Assembly: GCF_006345805.1 (NCBI RefSeq)
Contig: NC_043016.1
Location: 30,318,001 to 30,382,000, forward strand
Source: Octopus sinensis
Taxonomy: Eukaryota
Reading direction: 5' to 3'
DNA length: 64,000 bases
Positions 46,401 through 60,600 of the stretch are shown one piece after another. The notes beneath the pieces are model-generated. The model ran no database searches. It saw nothing but the letters and a program-made list of their open reading frames with translations, and was not told the origin of the DNA. The first letter of the stretch is position 1. Each line of letters starts with the position of its first letter. The position numbers and the translations under genes were made by a program.

Positions 46401-49400
46401 TTATTGTGTTTAGCTATCTAGTATGGTGATAAAGTGTTATTTTCTACATTAGTGATGTTGTGCTTAGCTATTTCCTCCAATGATAAAGTGTTTAGTTATT
46501 CTCTACCTTTGATGATGTAGTGTTTAGTTTTCTTCTATAGTGATAAAGTGTTTAGTTATTTTCTACATAGGTGATGTGTTTACCAAAAAAAAACAAAAAC
46601 TCAGTGATGAAATGTTTAACAATGAACTAGAGTGACAATGAAGGGAATGTTTAACAATCAACTGTAGTGATGACATTAAGAACAATAGAAACATTAATAT
46701 GTAAGACAAACTACAATAAATATATCTAAATGTATGTTGTGAGAGACTACAAAAAAAAAACTATAACATCAACATATCAGTAAGAAAAAAAAAAGAAACC
46801 CAACGTAAAGCAGACACCACATGCATTCTCTCTTTCACACAAAACCTTAGTTAAAATGTACAGTTGTCATTATGCATGTGAATTATTTACTGTTGCATTC
46901 TGCAAGGTGACAGGCATTAGACTGTGAGTTTGAAGACAACAAAGATTTACTGACAGCTCTAGTTACTCAAGTTAAAAGGCAACACCAATAGCAATATCTA
47001 AAAAAAAAAAACCCATGTATATGTGTTGCACTTCCAGCTAAATGTAATAAAAAAAAAATAGAACCAAAAATAAAACAAAATGAAAAGATACAAAAATAAT
47101 TTAAAATAAAATATACTAATTTAAGATAATTATATTTCTCTCCAGTAGAGCAAAGCTGCTAATTGAATTGCCTTAACATTTAAAAACTAAATTCAAATTC
47201 TTTAGTGTTATTGTTTATGGCATTTTGGAAGAGGATGACCCAGGAACGCATTGGAGGAAACTGGAGGAAAATGATCTCCAGATGTTGAGCCTTCACTTAT
47301 ATACACCACTCTGTAACCTAAGTGTACCCCCACCATCACATCTTCACCTTCTCTGCCCTCTCTCTCCTATCTCTTTCCAACCGAGGTAACCATGTATCTC
47401 CTTTACTGCAGGATACCTGCTTCTGTCCCTCTATTCATACTCTACCCTCTCATCACCAGGCACAAAGCTACTTCCCTCAACACAACTCCTCACTCACTTG
47501 AGAGGTTTTGTCTTGTAAGTTATTTGGTGACCTCACTGGTGCTGGTGCCACATAAAAAGCACCCAGTCCACTCAGTAAAGTGGTTGGCATTAAGAAGGGC
47601 GTCCAGCCATAGAAACGATGCCAAAGCTGATAGAGCTTGGCACAGTCTTCTCACTTGCTAGCTCCTATCAAACTGCCTGACCCATGCCAGCATGGAAAAC
47701 GGATGTAAAATGATGCTGATGATGATAAAGGCTCAATGACCAAAATAAACGAGGCGAGGTTGGCCAAGAACGACCAACCACCGATTCATCAACCTTCCTT
47801 TTTAATTCTGGAAGGTTCAAAGTTTCAGTTGTCAGGAATATAATCTTTGAATAAAAAGCTGTTGTTTAAAGCTAGGTTTAATTTTGAGTAATTTGTGATC
47901 AAATGCATTCCAGCTATGATTATCCTATCTTTATTACAGGCAAAAAGGTGCGATTTGAGTGAGATTTGATTATTATTTCTAGCAAAATGAGAGCCCATAT
48001 TAAGGCTCCTCATGGAACAAAAGATATTTTAAATTGGTATCGTTAATAGTTAAACTTAGACATTATTAGACTAGAAAACAGTGAATTCTTTTTAACATAA
48101 CAATAGAATAAGTACAGAGTAATTATGTCACAGTGAATGAGTGTTGAATTAATAAACCTGTATGAAGGGGTACCCATACACATCAATGATTGGGAGTAAG
48201 AAGTAATGTGGCACATGATAAAACTACAGCTTCCTACAGAAAATAACATCTCATCTACCATTCCTAAAACATGATATTTATCAAAAAGTAGGTAACAGGG
48301 GTGCTTTGTAGGTATTCCTAATATAATACAGAGCAGAAATATTCTTAGATCTCTAAACTGATAAGATGAAAAAAACTAATTCTTTTAATTTTATAAGTAC
48401 AAAGAGTAAAAAGGGATAGGTGTATGTTCATAAGTGTACATCTATCACACTTTTGGAAGTTAAACAAAATCAATAGCATCATCTAGATATTCTCAGATGC
48501 TATGAATTAAGAACAAGGGGAAAAAAAATTACGACTAAAAATGGAAACAAATTAATAAGCTAATTACTAATTAATATTGCTGAATATTATTTTAATAAAC
48601 GAACAAATAATGAAAAATATTTCTTAAATAACATGAAATAAATTAATGGTTATTATAAAGTTAATAAGTGAAAACTAATTAAAAAATTATAAATGAAATA
48701 AAACAACACAAAACTTATAAATAAGAATGACTGGAAGCACATCTGTACAGGGTGAGTGAAAGCAATTACAGTGAATTGTGCTAGAAGAAAAGTAGAATTT
48801 TAATTTTATGAAGCAGAAGAAGAATGATACACTGAGGAAAGTGAAAAAGAGAGAGAGAGGAAAGCGGAGAAATTTTAGATTTTAAATCTAGGAGCAAGTG
48901 AACTATTTCTTTGCTTTCTCTAATTATAGCTAATAAGAACCTAACAAGTTTTTTTGTCTTTTTGGTTTTTCCATTGTTGCTGTTCCTTGCCAAAGATAAG
49001 GACGGAGAACATTAGTGGAAGAAGTGGAGATGTACAATAGCCCAAGTGGAAAAGGAATAGAAAAAAAAACCAGATCTTTTTTAAAAAAAAATCATATCAT
49101 GAAATGAAAATAGAGGAAGAAATTAAAAGAAGTAAAAAGAGAAATATTAAGGAAATTGTGAGAATTAAATAAAAAGAAAGAAAAAAATGTTATGGTGTAA
49201 GTAAAAGAGAAAGATTTTCGAAAATGGTAAAAAAAAAATTTAAATAAATCACAAAGAATGTTGTAAGAAAATGATTAAAGCAAATGATGAAATTAATGAA
49301 GAAAGTAAAGCAAGAGTAAAAATAAATAAATGTGAGGCAAAGACTAAACTGAAGCAAATACTACATTTAGGGAAAAGATAGACTTAATGTGAAAGTAAGT

Positions 49401-49470
49401 TAAAAAGAAATGAACTGAGTAAGAAGATCAGAGAAGAGAGAGAGTCATAGCAGATACAATATATATATAC

Positions 49471-49523
<53 letters not shown>

Positions 49524-52500
49524 TGGAAGTAGAGATATGAAAAGAAAAAGGTCTAAGTAGTGAGCCGTGGGAGAAGGGACTATGCAAGTAGTGACAGTTA
49601 TGACAGCAAAGTAAGTTAGTCCTACAAAGACCTTTGTGCTGACCAATGTTTACCTGGCTGTAGAGCTGATTGAAAATCTGCCCAATTCTCAGTGGTGTTC
49701 TGGTCACCCGATTGTCTACTATCATCTGATGTGCTATCAGACTTCTGGTTCAAGGTAGATGATGCACTCGAGAGAGACGTGGATTGCAAATCGTCCTCGA
49801 TGTAGTTTAATTGCCTGAAGACTGCATATTTGTCTAACTGGTTGGTGGCCATTTCAATCTCCTTCTTCATAGAATGTATTATTGGCGCGGCTTTGAAGTC
49901 AGAATATTCATCTTCCACTGCGTTAAGATCTGCCGTTTTGAACTCAGTGCATCCCTCTGTTTTCTGTGCCTTTATTGAACTTAAGTTGGCAAATGAGCCA
50001 ACGTTTACAGTGCTGGCTAAATTATTTGCTCCCGGGGGTTTACTTAATAAAGGAGGAACTATTTCTCCAGAAGGGGTAGTGGTTGGAATTGGGCTTTTGG
50101 GAGGGGTTTGGGGATTGCTTGGAAATACGGTATCCCCTAAATTAAAAGATCTGCGCGTGGAAGATAAATTTGGGGAGGGAACCTGCTGCATATTTCGGCG
50201 GCTCTTAAAATCGTCAACATAAAGATCGAGGGCTTTAAAGTCCTCACCCTCGGACTGCTCAGAAGTACTGAACTGGCTGGTGTCATCACTTGGTTTACTG
50301 TCAGCAGACTTGAAGTCATCGTAATCATCATCAAAGCTATTTGTTGAGGTACCTGAAAAAGAAATTATAGTTTCATGCAAAAACTTGTAAATAATTTTTA
50401 CTATTTCAAAACTATCTAAAAATTCTTAAAAATAAAAAAAAAAAGAAAGAAAGAAAATTATAAAAATGAAATTATAAATACATTTAGAAAATTTTTCAGA
50501 AAAATGACTTATGAAAAAAAGAAACTATATTTTTAAAAAATAAATTAATAATCTACCTATTAAAAATAAATTAACAATTAAGACGAAAATAATTCTAAGT
50601 GATCCTGTTGCCCAGAGGCAGGTCTATAATCAATATTATGATCATTAACCCTTTTCTTAGACACCAGCACAGTCAGGATCACATTTATCTGTTGTTATAT
50701 TAATTTCCTAAGACAACAGGGTGTGATTTGAGGAATAATAAACTGATGTTTCTAGCTAGATGAGCAACTGTTCAGAGGTTTCCTTATACATTTCCAAACA
50801 AGCCACATACTGAGAGAATCCTGATTGTCTTCTCCAGCAAGACCCCAAGACCAGATCTGATATGTATTTCTTCAATTAAGACAAACAACTTGTACATATT
50901 TAAGAGTCCTACTTAGAAACACTACAGAGTATTCAAAGATTTAAACTAACAAACTTATAATAATGGTTTCAAATTTTTAGCACAAGCCAGCAGTTTTTGA
51001 AGGGAGGGGGAAGTTGATTACATCAACCGGCGACATGACTGGTACTTATTTTATTCTTTTTCTACTCCTGAAATTTTGGGGGAGGGGGCCAGTTGATTAG
51101 ATCGACCCCAGTATGCAGCTGGTACTTATTTTATTGACCCTAAAAGGATGAAAGGCAAAGTTGACCTCGACAGAATTTGAACACAGAATGAAAACAATGG
51201 ATGAATTGCAGCCAAGTATTTTGTTTGGCATGCTAAAGGGTCTGCTGCCTTAAGCATACTTATAATAGTAACCACGACCATTGTATTGCAGGAAAAGGTA
51301 TTAGGATAACGAAATAATTTAAATTTTTTGAAACAAGCCATATGAATATTTCCATAGGTAAATATGTTACAAACAGAGAAATAATTATTTGGCATTTATT
51401 GAAGTATTTAAACATTCAAATTCACACACACACTCAGGCATTATGACACATACATTCACAGACATCATCATAATCAATTTTACATCCATTCTCCAAGCTG
51501 GCATGAGTTACACATTTTAACTTAATCCAACAGATTGGATGTAATCACTCGGAGCTGTAAGATCAAGATGGTGGCCAGGGTGGATGCCTTTCCTAATATC
51601 AACCACATTACATAGTACCCTGGGTACAGTCATAGCATTAGAACTAGTGAGGTTGCCTATAGATTGCAAGAATAAAGAGCCCTCTCAAATGATGGAAGAA
51701 TAGGAGAGAGAGGGATTACTATGAGTTGGTTGGTAATACTTAATCATTGATTGCTATGGTTTAGATTGGTTTAACCCTTTAGCATTCAGATTATTCAGTC
51801 AAATGTAATGCTCATTTCATCATCATCATCATTTAGCGTCCGCTTTCCAGGCTAGCATGGGTTGGATGGTTCAACTGGGGTCTGGGAAGCCAGAAAGCTG
51901 CACCAGGCCCAGTCTGATCTGTGAGTGTAGTGGGTGCTTTTTACGTGCCACCGGCATGGAGGCCAGTCAGGGCGGCACTGGCAACGGACAGGTGGTGCTT
52001 TTTACATGCCACCGGCACGGGGACCAGGCGAGATTCACATTAATTTAAAATAATCATACATTATCTTGAGGCTTTGAGATCCTAATGATGTGATCATTTA
52101 TTTTTAAAATGACATTGAAGAGCAGGAGTGAGAGGTTAGATATGGCTCGTTTGAGCATAAAACAGGTAGAATATTTGGGCCTGATATGACCAGTTTAATA
52201 TTAAACGGTTAATAAATGAAAACTTAACCACCACAGGAGTAACAACTTAACCTGCCAGTTTGTCCTTAAATTATTCCTCACAATTTGTCTTTCAATTCTG
52301 ACTGACTTCAATGGCAATGTTTCACAAGATGTTTCCTTAAACTATTCGAACCTAACTGAAATTCTTGACACCTCTCATTTGCAATGTATTCTTCACATTC
52401 TAACATCTCTTTACTCTTTTACTTGTTTCAGTCATTTGACTGCAGCCTTGCTGGAGCACCACCATTAGTTGAGCAAATCGACCCCAGGACTTATTCTTTG

Positions 52501-52649
52501 TAAGCCTAGTACTTATTCTATTAGTCTCTTTTGCCAAACTGCTAAGTTACGGGGGCGTAAACATACCAGCATCAACTGTCAAGCAATGTTGGGGGGACAA
52601 ACCCAGACACACAAACATACATACATTATATATATGTATGTATATATAA

Positions 52650-52703
<54 letters not shown>

Positions 52704-54627
52704 GACAGACTTCTTTCAGTTTCCGTCTAACAAATCCACTCACAAGGCTTTGGTCGGCCCAAGGCTACAGTAGAAGACACATGCCCAAGGTGCCACTCCT
52801 ACGCTAAATATAAAACCTTTGTTTTACAATCAAAAAACCTAATAATCTTGATGGTCTGTTAATTCCTATCAAGCCTAAATGAAAGGTTTGACAAGAATTA
52901 ACAGACTATCAAAAAATGGCACTGATGTAAACCAAGGAAACTTTGGTGATACAAATATGCAAATAGAAATATTAGAGATTTCAAATTTTGGTGCAAAGCC
53001 AGCAATTTCAGTAGGATGAGTTGATTACATCTACCCCAGTGTTCAGAATAATCAAAGGTATAAGTTGAGAATACATTTATGTTTGGCCCTTTTACACATC
53101 TTTATGGGAATCCTTCAACAACCTTAAACTTCTATTGTTTCCTTTCTGACAGTTTATATTTTACATGAACATTATTTATTAAATTACAAAATTATGACCA
53201 AATCATCAGAGAAGGAGAAAGATAATGGTAAAGATTTTTACCTGAAGAATCATCACTGCAGAAAAAATTTCTTACATTCGAATATTTATCCTCAGCACTT
53301 AGCTCTGGTAATGCTTCAAATGCAACTTTAGTTACAGGTGTGATAGAACTGCAAAATATTAAAAATGCAACTTAAAGAAAAGAAAAAACAAAAACATATA
53401 ACACTGCAATTTTTTAGGAATTCTGTTAAAAAATTTATTTGGAGAAAATGTAAACAAAAACAGTTTTTGTTTATAACCACTTTTGTTTTTCAGTGCTTGT
53501 ATGGATGGGATAAATTTCTGTTTCATATTTTGTTGGAGCTTTTATTGTTGTTGTTGTTGTTGTTGTTGCTTAAGAACAGGTCAACACTGATCAGATAAAT
53601 GTTGCAGTCAGGACCATCCTGCTTTTTTTATTTCAGAAATAGTAAATCAACCACATCGCAATACACTAATAGGCAATATAAATGTTGGTTGGTTGGTTTG
53701 TCCAGTCATTCCTTACATCACGTACACAGGAGGGAGAGCAAAAAAAAAAAGAGAGGAAGAAAGAGAGATACAGAGAGAGTTATCATAACAGTTGCAGGAT
53801 GAGTGCACATAGGTTTTACGGCAGGAGGAGGAGTAGGAAAGGGAGTAAATGACAAAGTAGTTGTAGGGGATTTTATACAAATGAGGAATCTGTATTGTAA
53901 TGTTGCATATAATAGTGAGATGTAGGTACCGAATGTAAAAGATTTGCAAAAGTCAGAAAGAAACAAAACAAGCATGACCCCCACAGGGTGAGTAATGTTA
54001 ATGTGCAGGAGCAATGAGGCACAGATGAGCTGAGAGAAAAACTGCATATAAGAGACATCTATACTGGTATGGACGCATAATGTGAGCAGATGATGACATT
54101 TGAAGGGAAAAGTGCCATAGGATTCATGTGGAACATGAAAGACCAAGTAAGAGACACAAGCAGAAGAGGTGAAAGCTGATCTCTGAAAGTTCGATTTCAT
54201 GAAAGAGATGACAAAGGAATATAACTAGTGATGGGACGATGTGTTGGAGGAGATTTGTTGAATCCAGGAAATAAAATGGGAATAAAAATTATTATTATCA
54301 TCATCATCATCATCATCTGTAGAAGTTCACATCTACTAAAGCAATTGTTTTCTAGTTGGAAACCCTTCTTACTATTAACTGACTGCTCAACTACAAAGTA
54401 TGAGTAGAACTGAAGTGAGAGTTAAGGGTTGATGGAAAGCATCGGTCACAGTGTAACAAATGGGAGTCAGTTGCTGAGATTTATGTATCCTGGTCAGAAA
54501 CACCAGATACTAAGTGAAATAATATATCAGAGTAGTAATGTCAGAAACTCAATGCTTACAAAAGTGTTCATTACAAGCATAGAGTGTAGTTGTTTATCAA
54601 GGGCTTAATAAACTAATTGTGATTATA

Positions 54628-54669
<42 letters not shown>

Positions 54670-57600
54670 AGAAAAATAACTGCAGAGGATGTGTGAGAGA
54701 ATGGAAAAAGAATGAGGCAAGCTTGCTCTGCTGAATGTGTAATGTCAAGCATGCATGTTGAATGATGGACAGGTCAAAACGTGTCAAGTTATCCAAGTAG
54801 AAGGAACCTACAGAAGGGGACAACAAAAATATGTGAGAATAGGTAGAGACCGATCCCAGAATTCTAGGGCTGCAACAAGTAGTGAGAGACTGTACTGAAA
54901 ACAAACTGACCCAACACAATCCAAAATCAATGACAGACATGATATGATAATTGATTGAATGGCAATTAATTGACTGTTGAAGAGTAATTGAATGAATGAT
55001 TGATCGAATAAAAATTGAATGAATGATTGATTGAATAAAAAATGAAAAATCGAATGAAAATTGAATGAATGATTGATCGAATAAAAATTGAATGATCGAA
55101 TAAAAATTGAATGAATGATTGATCAAATAAAAATTGAATGATCAAATAAAAATTGAATGAATGATTGATCAAATAAAAATTGATTGATCGAATGAAAATT
55201 GAATGAATGATTGATCGAATAAAAATTGAATGAATGATTGATCAAATAAAAATTGATTGATCGAATGAATGAATGATTTCTAATTTAAGCAGAAAAACAA
55301 AATTTCAGATAATGATGTATCTATACTGCTCAGTGAAAGCCTTTCATATGCAACATACTGCACAGTTTGAATTTACTAAATAAGCAGAATAGATAAAAAA
55401 AAAAAAGTCTCAAACTCACTTGCAATTTACTTGGTTTACATCAGTCACAGGTGACATATTAAATTGGTCCAAAGAATCTAAAATAACAAGAATATATTGA
55501 TTTTTTAAAAATTCTCAAATCATAATATAACAAATGATATTAGACATTACAATTTCCAATATGACCCACATTTCTGCTGATATGCCAGAGTTCTGGTGAG
55601 TTATCTTGTGGGAGATAAAATGTTGCAGTCTAAATAGAGAGACATTTATTTCAAAACAGAACAGTAAGCATATTTGTGGTGTAATCATTAATGATGATAA
55701 GCAACATGCTAGAGATACAGGGTCCGGGACTGTCTGTCACATCACTAGTACTTATTTCTAATCATATGACATAAAAGCCAAACACCATGAATGCTAAATC
55801 TCCTTCACTGTATTCCAAGACGTAATGAAGCTTTCTGTGTTTTGAGAAGACCTTAGCGTTGGAGCTTGCGATGTAGGGCATTGTTTTATTTGATCATCAT
55901 TGTCTGGTCAAGCTCGCTCAGACATTTTTCACCTGCATACACCATCTATGTCAGTCCTGCATTAGTTGAGGGAGGTCTTCAGGGAGGTAACCAGTGTCCT
56001 CTGGAGAGATGATCTATGTGCATTACATTTCGATGACCTACTTGAATACAGCCATGCTTTGGTATCCATAGCAGTAGGTCACTTGCCAGCAATGTCCTGC
56101 AAACCACGAGTGCCTTTCCCTTATAATTTTGGAAACAAGCAGGAGGTTGCTGTACAGCTTTTTTTGGTGGGATGAAATCTCCAAGATATATTATCAATAT
56201 TTGATATTGATATATTATAGCTATCGATTGTAGTAACAAAATGTTTAGTACCACAATTAATCTAACTACTTCTAAATGACTTTAATTCTTTCTTCATTTT
56301 TCTATTTAGAAAACACTGAGAAAGGGTTTGATATTTAAATTAAAAACACAACATTTAATTTGTAGTTAGTTTAGCTAATTTAGAAAATAGCTCAACAAAA
56401 CACAATAGCATATAATTAAAAAGAAAACAGATTTATAAACCCGAATAAGGACTGCTGGCTTGTTTAATTGTCAAAAAACTGTTTTAATTTCTGAGGTTTA
56501 AAAAATAATGAAAGATATTGGAAGTTGATGAAAATATAGCTTCTTGTATATGGAGGGTCATATAAATTTAAAATATTACTGCAAACAACTGTTAAAATAC
56601 CAGTCATATATTCAGGTTGATTCAATTAACATCTTGCAGATATACATTTGTGGCTTTGCTTCTATGCAAGAAATCTGCTTGTGAATATATCAACCTATAC
56701 TGAAAGAACATCATTACTGAAATCTTCATCATTATCATAATTTCATTTTCTTCAATGCTTGCATCGGATGGACAGAATTCTGTTTGAGCAGATTTTCTAT
56801 GGTCAGATGTTGTTGATGCCAAGTCTCACTTGTTCCCAAGCATGATAATATTTCCCAATCTTTTATCTTTAATCTTTTACTTGTTTCAGTCATTAAATTG
56901 CTGCCATGCTGGGACACCGCCTTGAGGAACTTTGGTCAAACGAACCGATCCCAATATTTATTCTCTGTTTAACCCTGGTACCCATTCTATAAGTATCTTT
57001 TGCCAAATCACAAAGTTACAGAGATGTAAATACACCAACAACAGTTGCCAAGTGGTGGTGGACAAACATAGACACAAAGACACACACAACAGGCTTCTTT
57101 CAGTTTCAGCCTACCAAATCCACTCACAAGGCTTTGGTTGACCTGGCATTGTATTAGAAGACACTTGCCCAACATACCATGCAGTGGGAGTGAACCCAGA
57201 ACCATGTGATTAGGAAGCAAACTTCATACCACACAGCTACGCTTGCGCCTGTAAAATGAAAGGCAAAGTTCAACTTGGCAGAATTCAAACTCAAAATATA
57301 GAGACAGACAAAATGCTGCTAAGTATTCTGTCTGGCATGATAACGATTCTGCCAGCTCACCACTTTAGGGCAGACATATTTTTCGTGGAAGGCAAGAAAT
57401 GAACATCATTTGAGTGAAGGCGATGTTTGTTTACAGCCACCACATGAAGTTAAAACAAGGGTACAATTACACACACACACACACACACATATTATATTAG
57501 CACAGTTCAGTGTGACTCCAAAAAACAAGTATTGCCAGTTGGCATCATTAGGCTGTAGCCGGCATAGTAGTATAGGCACTTTTATATGCATATTCAAAAT

Positions 57601-60600
57601 GTTTCCTGTAAATGAACTTAGACACACACATATATATGTATCATCTACATTTAACATCTGTTTTCTATGCCAGTATGGGTTAGACTACATATATATGGCA
57701 GGTTCTTTTAAGTTTCTGTCTATCAAACCCACTGAATATAGTAGGGGCTATAGTAGAAGACATTTGTACAAAGTGCTGTAGCTGTACAGTGGGATTGAAC
57801 TCATGTTTGGAAAACAAGCTTCTTAACACACAGCCACACCTAGACACACTAATTAAAACATAGCAATTAAAATATTCCCAACATGAAAACACCACAGGAG
57901 TGGCTGTGTGGTAAGTAGCTTGCTAACCAACCACATGGTTCCGGGTTCAGTCCCACTGCGTGGCACCTTGGGCAAGTGTCTTCTACTATAGCCCCGGGCC
58001 GACCAATGCCTTGTGAGTGGATTTGGTAGACGGAAACTGAAAGAAGCCTGTCGTATATATGTATATATATATATATGTGTGTGTGTGGGTTTGTGTGTCT
58101 GTGTTTGTCCCCCCTAGCATTGCTTGACAACCGATGCTGGTGTGTTTACGTCCCCGTCACTTAGCGGTTCGGCAAAAGAGACCGATAGAATAAGTACTGG
58201 GCTTACAAAAAAGAATAAGTCCCGGGGTCGAGTTGCTCGACTAAAGGCAGTGCTCCAGCATGGCTGCAGTCAAATGACTGAAACAAGTAAAAGAGTAAAG
58301 AGTAGTGCAAGTTTATACTCCATTTTTTTTTCCTTTATTAGAATGATGTTTCTTTGTAACTGGATGCCCTTTCTATTGCAATGTACTCAACTAAAAATCA
58401 AGAAACCTGTTTTTAGTCAAGTTGACTGAAGCAAGCAGAGTTATGTCTCCAATAACTCCACACAGTAAGCTAATGATGAAATACAATAATATTTGAACAA
58501 AAGCCATTATGTTGGGCCATTCAAAATATTTTTAATAAGAAATTTTACACAGTTCATAATTGGCTAATGTTAGTGAAAACAACTTTAACCAGTTTTTGAT
58601 ATTGAGCAAATAATCCTTTTGACTATAGGCAGAAGGCTTGAAATTCTGGTGGAGACAATCAATTACATCAGCCCCAGTGTTTAATTGATACTTTATTTTA
58701 TTGATCCTGAAAGATTTTAAAGTAAAGTTGATCTCAGTGGAATTTGAATTCAGAATATAAAGCTGGAAGAAAAGCTGCTAAGCATTTTGTCCAAGCATGC
58801 CAATGATTCTGCCAGTTTAATGAAAATAAATATTAAAAATCTGGAATTAAATTGTATTCTCAAGTTTTGGTCTCTATTCTTTTCATCTCTGCTCCAAAAT
58901 TAGTTCAAATAATTTTTGGAAAACTTTTGTTAAGTTAGAAGGAAACATATTTAGATTGTTTAGAGTGATATTGATTTTGTGATGTTGGCACAAGACACAA
59001 ATTTGGAGTAAAGAGTATAGTCTATTAACCTTTTTGATACCAACCCACTTGAAATTGCGCTTGTTTTAAGGTATTTTAAATAAACACCACTAATATGAAA
59101 ATTTCATGTTAATTTATGTCACAAGCATCAAAGTTATTTTACTAACTTCTTTATAATTTTCAAAATCAATTCATGGAAAGGCATTGTATTTTATCAGAAA
59201 TATGGTAAAAAAAAAACAAAAAAACAAAAAAAAAAGACAAAACAAAAAGAGATCAATCAAACCCAGTTTGTGATTGTTATTTTATTCGCCTCAGTCAGGA
59301 TGAAAGACAAGTTTGACCCCAGACAGAATTTTTCAGAATTTAAACACACAACACAGAAAAACGTAACTAAATACTGCAGTGCATTTCATTCAACATTCTA
59401 CTAATTCTCCTAATCCCCAACACTCGGAAGAGTAACAATTAAAACTGAAATTTCCAAAATAACAACAAAACTATAAAATCAAAATAATAAAGCATAGAAA
59501 AAGTTCAAACACAATCTACAGAGAAAACAGTAAAAATTATAAGAAAGGAATTTAAAAAAAAAAAAAATTTATACCTGACGTTATTTTAGGAGCAACCTGA
59601 AAATCAGCGAAATCCTCATCTCCATATAAATTCTCTGTCAGGGCTGTCTGTGTAACTTCTTTAGAGAACGTTCCAAAAACAGGAGCACTCTGAGATGTGC
59701 TAAGCTGAGTGGAAGCATTTAACCCTAAGAGATAAATATATTATTAATTTTATGAAATGAATACATTAACCAAAGCCCCAAATAGTGTTAATGCTAAATA
59801 CATACCAAACGTGGTTTCTAGTAAAGATGTCGGGGTATTTTCAAAAGGAACTGAAGTGGGTGGTCTAACGGTAGATGAAGAATTTGGTAGCAATGTCCCA
59901 CCGCTGGCTAAAGATGCATCTTGGGTGGCAAAAGATGGTGGTGAAGATGCTCCAAAACTTGTGACAGCATTCTGCTGTGTTGGTGTTATTTGAGTGGCTG
60001 AGGCTTGGTTGAAAAATGGCACCGGTGGAGAAGGTAGCTGATGAAGAATCTCCATTGATGGAATGCCTTGGTTATTCTGCAAAAATTACCGATATTACTT
60101 ATTTGGATTTTTTCAGTATTAATATCAGAATTATAATTATTAAAATTGTTGAAAATAAAACACCGCAGAGAAAATATTTTGTTTTATTCAAAATATGGTC
60201 TAATGGATTTAAAAACAATTATATTATCACAGCAGTTGTCATGAATACATATCCTTATTTCAACCTTATTACATTCCATCAGCCATCAAAAAAGACACAA
60301 CACTATCATATTGTAGGAGTCATAAGCAAGAGAGAACACTCACATTGCATCAGTCACAAAAAACAGGACATTATATGACATTAGGATAGAATATCATCAT
60401 CATCATCGTTTAACATCAGCTTTCTATGCTGGCATGGGTAGGACGGTTTGACAGAGGCCTTGCGAGCCAGATGGCTGCACCAGGCTCCAATCTGATCTGG
60501 CAGAGTTTCTACAGCTGGATGCCCTTCCTAACATCAACCACTCTGAGAGTGTAGTGGGTGCTTTTATGTGCCACTGGCACGAGGGCCAGTCAGGTGGTAC

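Noticed and set aside
47825-48013. Additional SYNRG exon
   Set aside because: No SYNRG-like motifs and no convincing phase-1/1 splice pair.
53718-54200. 160-aa minus-strand ORF
   Set aside because: No recognisable motif or compatible splice sites; the composition fits decayed repeat or low-complexity DNA.
54623-55172. 167-aa and 68-aa ORFs
   Set aside because: They are translations of the 27/19-bp minisatellite and a (GA)n tract.
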